This document shows, piece by piece, positions 22,207 to 31,019 of a DNA stretch of 33,812 nt. The position numbers and the translations under genes are program-made. Position 1 is the stretch's first letter. Each line of letters opens with the position of its first letter. The notes under the pieces are model-generated. The model saw nothing but the letters and a program-made list of their open reading frames with translations, had not been told where the DNA came from and ran no database searches. Source of the DNA: a virus; the IMG/VR virus record IMGVR_UViG_3300045988_137872, positions 1-33,812 of that record, one strand, 5' to 3'.

Positions 22207-22779
22207 ATGACTAGGAAACAAGCGGTTTTAGATGCAATAAAGATTTTGAGTACAAAGAAAGAAAATGAGCAGACTGTAAAGATATTAAGGGAGATTTACG
22301 ATGAGCTCCCGATAATTCACTGGACTCCGAATAGTGTACTGGATGCTTTCGCTCAATTCATACAGGATTATGGCAGACTCCCGACACGCGGAGATTTTGA
22401 CGAAACGCTTCCAAGCCGTCCGACTATAAAAAAAATATTTAATATGTCGCTTGTAGAATTTGAACAGCATTATTTCCCGGAACACTATAAAGGGACAAAT
22501 AAGAATTCTCATTACTGGTGGTTCACAGAAAAAGACTTCCTAGATTGTTTTCTGGATAATTATAACACAATCCGCGGTGGTCTGTATGTTAAATATGCAG
22601 ATTATGATCTGTATAGGAAACCGGGAACACCGGCAATCAGACTGATAATTGAGAAATTGGGATGCAACTCATATAATGAGTTGCTGCAGAAAACCGGAGT
22701 TAAAAAGCAAAGGGAATCCTTTAATATAAAATCGAATAAACAGACAATCAATATATCGCAAGAAGATGTCATTGTTTGA
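22207..22779 (+). CDS. Protein with two homing-endonuclease-associated repeats (HEAR / HNH_repeat-like)
   Basis: WTPNSVLDAFAQFIQDYGRLPTRGDFDETLPSRPTIKKIFNMSLVEF, with a second degenerate copy (FTEKDFLDCFLDNYN...IIEKLGCNSYNELLQKTG). ATG 22207 follows AGAGGAG. Confidence 0.6.
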   Translation: MTRKQAVLDAIKILSTKKENEQTVKILREIYDELPIIHWTPNSVLDAFAQFIQDYGRLPTRGDFDETLPSRPTIKKIFNMSLVEFEQHYFPEHYKGTNKNSHYWWFTEKDFLDCFLDNYNTIRGGLYVKYADYDLYRKPGTPAIRLIIEKLGCNSYNELLQKTGVKKQRESFNIKSNKQTINISQEDVIV

Positions 22780-22815
22780 CATACAAAAATGTGATAAAGT
22801 GATAGCGATAAAAGG

Positions 22816-22846
22816 GTAGATGGTTCAAAGCCGTCTGCTCTTTTTT
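22816..22846 (+). terminator. Rho-independent terminator
   Basis: GTAGATGG pairs with CCGTCTGC (two G:U). Loop TTCAAAG, then TCTTTTTT. Confidence 0.6.
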
Positions 22847-22871
22847 ATTACAGAGAAAAGGAGGAATCTAT

Positions 22872-23423
22872 ATGAATACCGTGGAGCCAATCAGAGATAT
22901 TGATACCGTCTGGGACATAGCGGATTATCTCGGAGAGACAAGCGAGCGTAATAGGATGATGTTTCTTTTCGGGATCTATGTCGGAATCCGGATCAGTGAT
23001 ATTTTAAAATTAAAGGTCAGAGATGTCCGGGATAAAACGCATATTTATATCAGGGAGAAGAAAACAAAGAAAGAGAAGCGATTTCCAATTAATGAGGAAC
23101 TTCGCCCGGAACTGAACCGGTATATCAGAGGAAAGGCAGACTATGAGTGGCTGTTCCCATCCAGACAGGGGTCCAATCATGTGCAGAGAGTCAGAGCTTA
23201 TCAGATATTAAATGAAGCCGGTCAGAAGTTCGGGGTAGATCACGTTGGCACTCACACATTGAGAAAGACATTTGGATATCATTTTTATCAGCAGACGCAT
23301 GATATTGTGACCTTGCAGAAAATCTTTAACCATTCATCTATTGAGGTGACGTTTCGTTATATCGGAATCTCACAGGATATGCAGGATGCAGCGATTAAAA
23401 AAATATCTTTCAAGCGAAGATAA
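22872..23423 (+). CDS. Minimal tyrosine recombinase (catalytic domain only, 183 aa)
   Basis: GIRISDILKLKVRDV (Arg I), HTLRKTFGYHF (H-x-x-R) and NHSSIEVTFRYI (His/Tyr). No N-terminal core-binding domain. GGAGGA RBS. Confidence 0.8.
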   Translation: MNTVEPIRDIDTVWDIADYLGETSERNRMMFLFGIYVGIRISDILKLKVRDVRDKTHIYIREKKTKKEKRFPINEELRPELNRYIRGKADYEWLFPSRQGSNHVQRVRAYQILNEAGQKFGVDHVGTHTLRKTFGYHFYQQTHDIVTLQKIFNHSSIEVTFRYIGISQDMQDAAIKKISFKRR

Positions 23424-23736
23424 TTTTTTTTAAAAGTACAGTTTAACATATTGAAAGTCAATGTATAACTGCTGATAAGAAAAACGAGTTACTTCCATTA
23501 AGTGCGAAAATAAAAAGTAGTTGAACAGAATTTAAAGATATGTATATCTCATACCCAAACCACAAAGATGTCATTGAATGTCACTAATATATAGTGATAA
23601 TATCTACGCGAAAGAGCTGGTAGTGCTCCCGCTCTTTTGTTCTGGCATAGTGCCATACAAAACCCATATACCTTTTAACTTCATAAGCATCCGCATGAAA
23701 CTTAGTGCGGATGCACTCCTTTCAAGAGAAGAGAGA

Positions 23737-24117
23737 ATGAAAGACGTAAAAGCATTCATAGAGAAATTAATCCGCGACAATGAGTTGTGGAGATTTTATA
23801 AAACGAAAGAGTGGATAACACTCCGTGAAAGAATCCTAAAAGAAAATAATTATGAGTGTGCCGAGTGTAAAAAGAGAGGTCGTATCACAAGATACGATGT
23901 CAAGCCGGATGGGACAAAGGTGTTAATCAGCACAGTCCATCACGTTCAGTTTGTGAGGAAGCATCCGGAGCTTGCATTGAGCCGCTATTATTTCTACAAG
24001 GGAAAACGATACGACAATCTGATACCTGTGTGCAAGGCGTGTCATAACCGATTGCATCCAGAGAAAAACAAGAACAATCGAAATCCAGATAAATTTTTTA
24101 ACGAAGAGCGTTGGTAG
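23737..24117 (+). CDS. HNH endonuclease (terminase-associated)
   Basis: YECAECKKRG...VHHVQFVRKHPELAL...NLIPVCKACHNRLH. ATG 23737 is preferred because terminator-like and 9-bp-stem hairpins occupy 23612-23714. The track start is 23578. Confidence 0.8.
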   Translation: MKDVKAFIEKLIRDNELWRFYKTKEWITLRERILKENNYECAECKKRGRITRYDVKPDGTKVLISTVHHVQFVRKHPELALSRYYFYKGKRYDNLIPVCKACHNRLHPEKNKNNRNPDKFFNEERW

Positions 24118-24207
24118 CACCCCCGCACCCCCTATACCCCCCTGTGAAGGAGGGTGTTAGCAACGGGGGGATGGTCACGACAAAAGAAATTTTTTACATG
24201 CATGTAA
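24118..24207. other. cos-site candidate region (C-runs, G-run, 14-bp palindrome)
   Basis: CACCCCCGCACCCCCTATACCCCCCTG (24118-24144), GGGGGG (24165-24170) and TTACATGCATGTAA (24194-24207). Lies between the HNH and terS genes. Confidence 0.45.
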
Positions 24208-24222
24208 CAAGGAGGTGGTAAT

Positions 24223-24585
24223 ATGGCAGCAAAAGAACAGACGGAGAGTGAAAAGAGGGTGGGGTCCATCAAAAGGTCCGTCCGTTATAAGGACATCAGG
24301 GAAGATCTGAATGATCAGCTTGAACATTCCGGCAATTCATCAAAATACACGATTGACCTTGTGGAAGATTACATGAACTTGTGGATCACAAAACAGCTTC
24401 TGGTGGAGGACATCCATGAACGCGGTGTGCGTGTAAAATACGATAATGGCGGCGGTCAGTCCGGCTATAAGAAAAACGAATCGGTTGACCAGATCATTAA
24501 GGTCAATGCCCAGATGCTAAAGCTGCTCACAGAACTTCATTTGTCACCGTCTGATGCAGAAGGAGACATGGACGATGTACTCTAA
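24223..24585 (+). CDS. terS: Terminase small subunit (P27 family-like)
   Basis: 120 aa. LVEDYMNLWITKQLLVEDIHERG...NESVDQIIKVNAQMLKLLTELHLSP fits the P27/Terminase_4 pattern. Lies directly upstream of terL. AAGGAGGTGG RBS. Confidence 0.8.
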   Translation: MAAKEQTESEKRVGSIKRSVRYKDIREDLNDQLEHSGNSSKYTIDLVEDYMNLWITKQLLVEDIHERGVRVKYDNGGGQSGYKKNESVDQIIKVNAQMLKLLTELHLSPSDAEGDMDDVL

Positions 24586-26239
24586 AAAGTTTCCAAAAGA
24601 AATTCAGGGTTGGATTGACATTGTTGAGAAAAACATCTATCAATGCTGTGAGGATCAGCATCTGCTTGTCGCATATGTGAAAAAGTGTTTTGAAACAGAA
24701 GATATTTTTGTGGATGAAAAACAGCTGGAGAATTATATGCGGATGGAGAAATACTTGCCGTTCAGATTGTTTGAGTGGCAGAAGTTTGTGTTTGCTTTGC
24801 ATAACTGTACATACTGGCGAGAAAACAATATGCCGCGATGGCCTGACCTGTTTTGTATGATCGCTCGTGGTGCCGGAAAGGACGGAACAATTGCATTTGA
24901 AAGCATGACACTTTCCTCACCATATAACGGAATCCCGCAATATGATGTTGACATCTGCGCAAACAACGAAGAGCAGGCAATCAGACCGGTCAGAGATTTA
25001 ACGGACTGGCTTGAAAATCCAAAGAACACAAAAAAGTTACAGAGGTTCTTTTACTGGACAAAAGAACGGGTTATCTGCACCAGGACAAAATCAGTCATCA
25101 AGGGACGGACAAACAGTCCGAAGGGAAAAGACGGCTTGAGGTCAGGGATTGTTATTTTTAACGAGATCCATGCTTATCAAAATTACGATAACATCAATGT
25201 GTTTACGACCGGACTTGGAAAGAAGAAACATCCAAGGAGGGCTTATTATACAACCAATGGTGATGTCCGAGGAGGTCCGTTAGATGATATTTTGAAAAAT
25301 TCAGATGAGATTCTAAGAGAAGGAGCAGAGGATAATGGCCTGCTACCGTTCATCTGCCGCCTGAACAAAAAAGAAGATGTGCATAAGGAAGAAAACTGGA
25401 GCATGGCGAACCCGTCATTGCCATATCTGCCGGATCTGTTAATGGAGACCAGAAGAGAGTACAGAGAATGGTTAGAGAATCCCGGAAGGCTTCCGGCTTT
25501 TATGTCAAAGAGAATGAATCTCCCGGAGCAGGCAAAAGAAACTGCAGTTACCGAATGGGAAAATATTAAGGCAACCAACACAGAACTGCCGGATATGAAA
25601 GGCTGGCAGTGCACTTGCGGAATCGATTACATGAAAGTCACTGATTTCGCATCTGTAAATCTCCATTTCAAAAAGGGAGAGGAGAGGTTTGATATAAACC
25701 ACTCATGGATTTGCTCTCATTCCAAAGACCTTCCAAGAATCAAGGCACCTTGGCAGCAGTGGGTGAAGGAAGGAAGAATCACATATATAGACGATGTAGA
25801 AATCCATCCGTCCGTTATCACAGATTATATTTTTGAGATGGGGAAGCAGTATAACATAAAAATGGTGCTGCTTGACAATTTCAGATTCACGCTATTATCC
25901 GATGCACTGGCGAAGATAGGGTTTCGTACAGAAGCCGGGAATCTCCGCCTGATCTCACAGATGGATATTCTTAGAATCGTACCGGTCATCGATCATTGTT
26001 TTGCAAATCAGTATTTTTGCTGGGGCGATAATCCGGTGCTCCGCTGGTCAGTCAATAACACAAAGCTGGTACCTTACGGGAAAAAGGCAGGAATTGATCG
26101 AGGATCATTTGTGTATGCGAAGATTGAAGCGAAGAGCCGCAAAAATGATCCATTTATGGCACTGGTTGCATCCATAATCGGGGAAGGCGAGATTAAAGAG
26201 TATGTTCCGTTGACAGACAAGACACCACTGGTCTTATAG
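24575..26239 (+). CDS. terL: Terminase large subunit
   Basis: 554 aa. Walker-A-like ARGAGKDG and nuclease-half motifs. ATG 24575 lies 8 nt after GAAGGAGA; the track lists 24554. Position is terS-terL-portal. Confidence 0.9.
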   Translation: MYSKKFPKEIQGWIDIVEKNIYQCCEDQHLLVAYVKKCFETEDIFVDEKQLENYMRMEKYLPFRLFEWQKFVFALHNCTYWRENNMPRWPDLFCMIARGAGKDGTIAFESMTLSSPYNGIPQYDVDICANNEEQAIRPVRDLTDWLENPKNTKKLQRFFYWTKERVICTRTKSVIKGRTNSPKGKDGLRSGIVIFNEIHAYQNYDNINVFTTGLGKKKHPRRAYYTTNGDVRGGPLDDILKNSDEILREGAEDNGLLPFICRLNKKEDVHKEENWSMANPSLPYLPDLLMETRREYREWLENPGRLPAFMSKRMNLPEQAKETAVTEWENIKATNTELPDMKGWQCTCGIDYMKVTDFASVNLHFKKGEERFDINHSWICSHSKDLPRIKAPWQQWVKEGRITYIDDVEIHPSVITDYIFEMGKQYNIKMVLLDNFRFTLLSDALAKIGFRTEAGNLRLISQMDILRIVPVIDHCFANQYFCWGDNPVLRWSVNNTKLVPYGKKAGIDRGSFVYAKIEAKSRKNDPFMALVASIIGEGEIKEYVPLTDKTPLVL

Positions 26240-26247
26240 GAGAAAAC

Positions 26248-27429
26248 ATGGGAATTATTGACAGATTAAAAGAAATTTTTCCAAAAACGATCACAGGCAG
26301 GCAGGGTCCTGATGTGATTCGGATAGACATCCCGACAGAAATTTATGTGAAAGAGCTTGCAATTTACACAGCGACATCGCTGATCGCCAATGCAATTTCA
26401 CAAAGCGAGATTAAGGTTTATAAGTCAGGAAAATCCGTACAGGACGAAGATTATTACTCCTTAAATATCAAGCCAAATAAGAATGAGTCAGCGAGTCAGT
26501 TCTGGCACAAAGTTGTGGAGAAGCTGTTACGGTCAGAGGATGGAGTCTTGTGCTTCATATCCGGCAGAGAGCTGTTTTGTGCAGACGATTTCACATTAGC
26601 AGAAAAACGGCCGTTTCTTGGCAATGTATATTCCGGGATCGTAGTTGATGACCTGACATTAAACAGAAAGTTTACAGCTTCACAAGTGTTTTTGTTCAAA
26701 CTTGAAAATATCCAGGCACGCAAACTTATAAATGGAATGCACAATGATTACGGAAAAATCATCAGCACAGCCATGAGGTCTTATCAGGATACTAATGATA
26801 CAAAGTATGTATTGAAAGTTCATGGATTGCAGGCAGGAGATGAGAAATTCCGAAAAGAATGGGAAGATATCTTAAAGCAGCCACTAACGGATTATGTGAA
26901 TGGAAAAGCAAGGATTTATGTTGAGTATGACGGAAAAGAGCTTGTGAAAATGAAAAGTGAAGGTTCACAGAAAAGTGCGGATGATCTGACAAAGCTGATA
27001 GAACAGACCTTTAAAGTTGTCGGAGAAGCCTTTAAGATTCCGCAATCGCTGATGCTTGGAAATATCACGAACATGAATGACATTGTAAAATCATTTCTGA
27101 CATTCGGAGTTGATCCATATGCAGACATGATCGGGAAAGTCCTTACCGGACAATATGGAATGGAAGAATGGTTGGAGGGCAACTATTACAAGGTTGACAC
27201 ATCGACCGTAAACCATGTGGATATTTTCGATATGGCAGATAAAATTGACAAGCTAATCTCCAGCTCTTTCGCTTGCATTGATGAAGTAAGGGAGAAAGCC
27301 GGATTAGATAGATTAGACGAAGAATGGAGTTCCCGCCATCTTCTCACTAAGAACTATGAATTTATTGACAAACAAAATCTACAGGGAGGTGAAAAGGGTG
27401 AACAGAGCAAAGATGATGATGCGGTTTGA
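26248..27429 (+). CDS. Portal protein (HK97 family)
   Basis: 393 aa, placed between terL and the ClpP-type protease. Confidence 0.85.
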   Translation: MGIIDRLKEIFPKTITGRQGPDVIRIDIPTEIYVKELAIYTATSLIANAISQSEIKVYKSGKSVQDEDYYSLNIKPNKNESASQFWHKVVEKLLRSEDGVLCFISGRELFCADDFTLAEKRPFLGNVYSGIVVDDLTLNRKFTASQVFLFKLENIQARKLINGMHNDYGKIISTAMRSYQDTNDTKYVLKVHGLQAGDEKFRKEWEDILKQPLTDYVNGKARIYVEYDGKELVKMKSEGSQKSADDLTKLIEQTFKVVGEAFKIPQSLMLGNITNMNDIVKSFLTFGVDPYADMIGKVLTGQYGMEEWLEGNYYKVDTSTVNHVDIFDMADKIDKLISSSFACIDEVREKAGLDRLDEEWSSRHLLTKNYEFIDKQNLQGGEKGEQSKDDDAV

Positions 27430-28321
27430 GCCGCACATGGAAAAAAATATCTTTAAGCTGTTTATCTATGACACGGTCACAAAGAAAGGAACCTTTGACT
27501 GGTCAACATGGGAAACCGTGGACAGTAAGACCAGTGCACAGTATTTTGCAGACCAGTTATCGCAGATACCGGATAATGCTGAAATTGAATTGTACATTAA
27601 TTCAAATGGTGGAAGTGTTTCAGAGGGTGTCGCGATTTATAACCAGTTGAAACGACATCCGGCACAAAAGACTGGATATGTGGATGGAATCGCATACAGC
27701 GTAGCAAGTCTTATTCTGCAGGCTTGTGATAAGCGGATCATGGGGCTTGGGACATCCATGCTGGTACATGAAATGTGGGTTGAAGTCGCAGGAAATGCGC
27801 GGATGCTTAGAAGTGCAGCGGACGACCTTGATAATTGGATGAAAGCAAACCGAAAAGTCTACATGGAACGTTCAGGAATGAGCGAGGAAGAATTGATCGC
27901 ATTAATGGAAGAAGAACGAATCCTTACACCGGAGGAATGTCTTAGCATGGGATTCATTGATGAGATCAGCGAAAAATTATCAGAAGATGATCCAGATGAC
28001 GATCCGGAGAATAACCCGGAAGATGACCCAGAGGATAATCCGGAGAATGACCCGGAAGAGAGTACAGACGATGATATGGATGACGATTCAGAAGACGATT
28101 TAGAAGACGATTCAGATGATGAATCGGACGATGATCCGGACGATGATCCGGATGGTGATTCACCACAGGAATATGTCTTAAAGAACATAAAACAGTACTT
28201 CGATATGAGAGAATCACTCTTAAAAAGTACTCATCAGATGACAGATGTGAGCAGAAGACGCAAAAAAAATGTGCAGAATAAAGCAAAATGCATACAGTTT
28301 TTTGACAGATTTTACAGTTAA
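27398..28321 (+). CDS. ClpP-type prohead (head maturation) protease with long poly-acidic C-terminal tract
   Basis: ELYINSNGGSVSEGVAIYNQL...GIAYSVASLILQACDKRIM...MLVHEMW is the S14 pattern. GTG 27398 follows GGAGGTG; ATG 27413 is the alternative. Confidence 0.85.
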   Translation: MNRAKMMMRFEPHMEKNIFKLFIYDTVTKKGTFDWSTWETVDSKTSAQYFADQLSQIPDNAEIELYINSNGGSVSEGVAIYNQLKRHPAQKTGYVDGIAYSVASLILQACDKRIMGLGTSMLVHEMWVEVAGNARMLRSAADDLDNWMKANRKVYMERSGMSEEELIALMEEERILTPEECLSMGFIDEISEKLSEDDPDDDPENNPEDDPEDNPENDPEESTDDDMDDDSEDDLEDDSDDESDDDPDDDPDGDSPQEYVLKNIKQYFDMRESLLKSTHQMTDVSRRRKKNVQNKAKCIQFFDRFYS

Positions 28322-28337
28322 AACAGGAGGAAAAGAT

Positions 28338-29588
28338 ATGAGACCATTAAATAATCCGGTAGTAAAACAGGCAGCAGTAGCGATGCAGGCGGCGATTAAA
28401 TCAGGAAACGATAAAAAGTTGAATGATGCGTGGGAGCAGTTCTATGATGCCGTGACAGACACCTTAAGACAGGATTTTGAAATGGCAAGCGGAGATCAGA
28501 AAGTCCTTGCAGACCGCGGATTCCGTATGTTAACAGCAAAAGAAAATAAATTTTATCAGGAATGGATTGATAGTGCAAAATCCCCTGATCCTAAGCAGGC
28601 ATTCACAGATTTACTCAATGGCGGAATGCCGGAAACCATCATTGAAGATGTATATAAAAACCTTGTCAATGACCATCCGCTTTTAGATGCAATCACATTT
28701 ACGAATGTAAGCTATTTGACAAAATGGATCATGAACGATCACACCGTGCAGACGGCAGTTTGGGGACAGATCACCGCCGAAATCACAAAAGAAATCTCAT
28801 CTTCCTTTAAGATTTTAGAGCTTACACAGTGTAAACTGACCTGCTATGCAACACTTCCAAAAGATATGTTAGAGCTTGGCCCGGTATTCCTTGACAATTA
28901 TATCCGCACCATTCTGATCGAGGCATTGGCTTGCGGATTAGAAAACGCAATTGTTTCCGGAACCGGAAAGAATATGCCGATTGGATTAGACCGAAACATT
29001 TCAAAAGATGCAGCAGTTGTTGATGGCAAATATCCACAGAAAACAGCCGTTAAGATTGAGAGCTTCTTGCCGGCGGAATACGGAAAAATCCTTGCTTCTG
29101 TTGCTAAAACAGAAAACGGACATTACAGAAAGTTCACGGAAGTCGGACTGGTGTGCAACCCGGTCGATTATTTTAAGAAGATCATGCCGGCAACAACCGT
29201 AATGAACACGATGGGAACTTACGAACACAATGTATTCCCATTCCCGACAAAGGTCTACCCGTCAGCAGAAATTGCGGAAGGAAAAGCAATTCTCTTTGTG
29301 CCGGAAGAATACTTTATGGGACTGGGATCACCAAAAGAAGGTTCTCTTACATATGACGATTCCGTGCAGTTCTTAGAAGATAACAGAGTGTATCTGATTA
29401 AATTATTTGCAAATGGTAGAGCATATGATAACACGGTGTCCGTTTTATTGGACATCTCCGAGTTAGATTCCGCTTATATTACGGTCAGAAATGCGAATGC
29501 AAAGACAGAGACACAGGGAGCAGCTTCAGATACAGGTGCTTCAGACAAAGGAGCTTCTGATGCAGGGGATGATACCAAGACAGTATAG
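28338..29588 (+). CDS. Major capsid protein (HK97 fold family)
   Basis: 416 aa. ATG 28338 follows CAGGAGGA. Lies immediately after the protease, with no separate scaffold gene. Confidence 0.85.
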   Translation: MRPLNNPVVKQAAVAMQAAIKSGNDKKLNDAWEQFYDAVTDTLRQDFEMASGDQKVLADRGFRMLTAKENKFYQEWIDSAKSPDPKQAFTDLLNGGMPETIIEDVYKNLVNDHPLLDAITFTNVSYLTKWIMNDHTVQTAVWGQITAEITKEISSSFKILELTQCKLTCYATLPKDMLELGPVFLDNYIRTILIEALACGLENAIVSGTGKNMPIGLDRNISKDAAVVDGKYPQKTAVKIESFLPAEYGKILASVAKTENGHYRKFTEVGLVCNPVDYFKKIMPATTVMNTMGTYEHNVFPFPTKVYPSAEIAEGKAILFVPEEYFMGLGSPKEGSLTYDDSVQFLEDNRVYLIKLFANGRAYDNTVSVLLDISELDSAYITVRNANAKTETQGAASDTGASDKGASDAGDDTKTV

Positions 29589-29603
29589 TGGAGCTTTGAA
29601 AGT

Positions 29604-29924
29604 ATGACAGAAGAATCTAAGAAAATTCTGGTAGAAAAATTAAAACAAAAACTCAATATCACATGGAATGACGAGAAAACAGACCGGAAGCTGTCAGATA
29701 TTGTGTCTGATGCAGAAGCTGTCATGAATCATAAGCTGGGGGCAGAGATAGACTACTCTGCCCCGGAAAGCGGGATAGGAAGAACGCTGTTTATAAATTA
29801 CTGTGTTTACGCATGGAACGATTGTGAAAATGAGTTTGATGATGCTTACCGGGAAATGATACTTATGGCAAGGGCATTTTATGAGGTGAAGGGACATGAA
29901 GGACAAGACCAGGGGACTGAATGA
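29604..29924 (+). CDS. Head-tail connector (gp6-like)
   Basis: 106 aa. LKQKLNITWNDEKTDRKLSDIVSDAEAVMNHKLG is a typical gp6-like N-terminus. First gene after the capsid gene. Confidence 0.7.
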   Translation: MTEESKKILVEKLKQKLNITWNDEKTDRKLSDIVSDAEAVMNHKLGAEIDYSAPESGIGRTLFINYCVYAWNDCENEFDDAYREMILMARAFYEVKGHEGQDQGTE

Positions 29925-30243
29925 TGGATATATGGAAGTTTATCGCAAGAAGGAAAAAGTGACTAATTTTAAAAATCCATCTGCCAACAAGACGGAAGAA
30001 GAGCTTGAGCTTATCGTAGTATTAGCGTATTCCGAAGAAGGGCAGCGTGAACAGGATTATGAGTTTGCAGAAGCCCGTGAGCGTTCTTTGAACTTAAAGA
30101 CCAGAACCTTGATCTATGAAGGAATCACAAATGACGATATTGTGAAAATTAACGGCTCTTTTTACAGCATCATCAAGACAGATACTGATAAAAAGAACCG
30201 TGTCATGTATTTTTATCTTGAGGAGGCAGGAGATATTGCTTGA
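29896..30243 (+). CDS. Head closure / head-tail adaptor protein
   Basis: 115 aa. DDIVKINGSFYSIIKTDTDKKNRVMYFYLEE fits the head-closure (SPP1 gp16-like) C-terminus. GAGGTG RBS. Confidence 0.65.
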   Translation: MKDKTRGLNDGYMEVYRKKEKVTNFKNPSANKTEEELELIVVLAYSEEGQREQDYEFAEARERSLNLKTRTLIYEGITNDDIVKINGSFYSIIKTDTDKKNRVMYFYLEEAGDIA

Positions 30244-30607
30244 TAAGATCAGTGAAAAAATCAACAGTTTTATTGCGGAAATGGACTATGAAACAGCCTC
30301 TTACGGGATGATAAAGAATCCACCAAACGCATGGAATTACATTGTTTTTAGCAGAGACAGATTGCAGAGATCTGATAAAAGTTCGAATGATTTCAACCGC
30401 AAGTATCGGATTGTACTGGTACACGAGGACTGTGTCCCGGAGGGCAATGAGCTTGCGCTTATTAAAGCCATGAAGGAGATACCGCGATTAAATCTTGCAA
30501 AAGAGGATATCGTTTATGATTATGCTGTGAATCCGAAAACAAAAAATGTAGTGGAAATGGCAGTGCTTACATTTGCTGAAACGATCAAGGGATACGAGGT
30601 GAAGTAA
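30236..30607 (+). CDS. Neck / tail-completion protein
   Basis: Called by synteny. TTG 30236 follows AGGAGGCAGGAG; ATG 30200 is the alternative. Confidence 0.55.
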   Translation: MLDKISEKINSFIAEMDYETASYGMIKNPPNAWNYIVFSRDRLQRSDKSSNDFNRKYRIVLVHEDCVPEGNELALIKAMKEIPRLNLAKEDIVYDYAVNPKTKNVVEMAVLTFAETIKGYEVK

Positions 30608-31006
30608 ATGGCGATGCAGGAATTTGGGTTGAACATGGAAGAGTTTGACCGCTTACAGGAAAAAATCCGTGTCTACCCACAAAATGCTGAAAGAAAAATA
30701 ACCGAGTATCTTCACGGTGCAGGCTATGATCGTATCTCGCAATCAATACAAAATGCTATCCCGGTGTCTGGCCGGAATACAAAGAGACATGCGAAATTTT
30801 CCAATGCATTAAGAGATAAAGATACAGGATCAAACCTGTCTGTTACAGTCAGCACAAAACAGAAGTTTCATTATCTGTACTTCCCGGATGATGGAAGTAA
30901 CACACTCCGTCATGCCGGTAATCAGAGATTTTTTGAGAGTGGCTTGGAGCATGTACAGAATGAACTTGTGAACGGCATACTTGGTTGCTTAGATTTTGAA
31001 GAATAG
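30608..31006 (+). CDS. HK97 gp10-like tail component
   Basis: 132 aa. IPVSGRNTKRHAKFSNAL...KQKFHYLYFPDDG resembles the gp10-family pattern. Synteny supports it. Confidence 0.55.
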   Translation: MAMQEFGLNMEEFDRLQEKIRVYPQNAERKITEYLHGAGYDRISQSIQNAIPVSGRNTKRHAKFSNALRDKDTGSNLSVTVSTKQKFHYLYFPDDGSNTLRHAGNQRFFESGLEHVQNELVNGILGCLDFEE

Positions 31007-31019
31007 AGGAGGATATATT

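Noticed and set aside
27859-28286. Two minus-strand ORFs (109 and 106 aa, Ser-rich and His/Pro/Arg-rich)
   Set aside because: They are reverse-complement readings of the GAT/GAA-rich acidic tract of the protease gene, so they are artefacts of low-complexity sequence.
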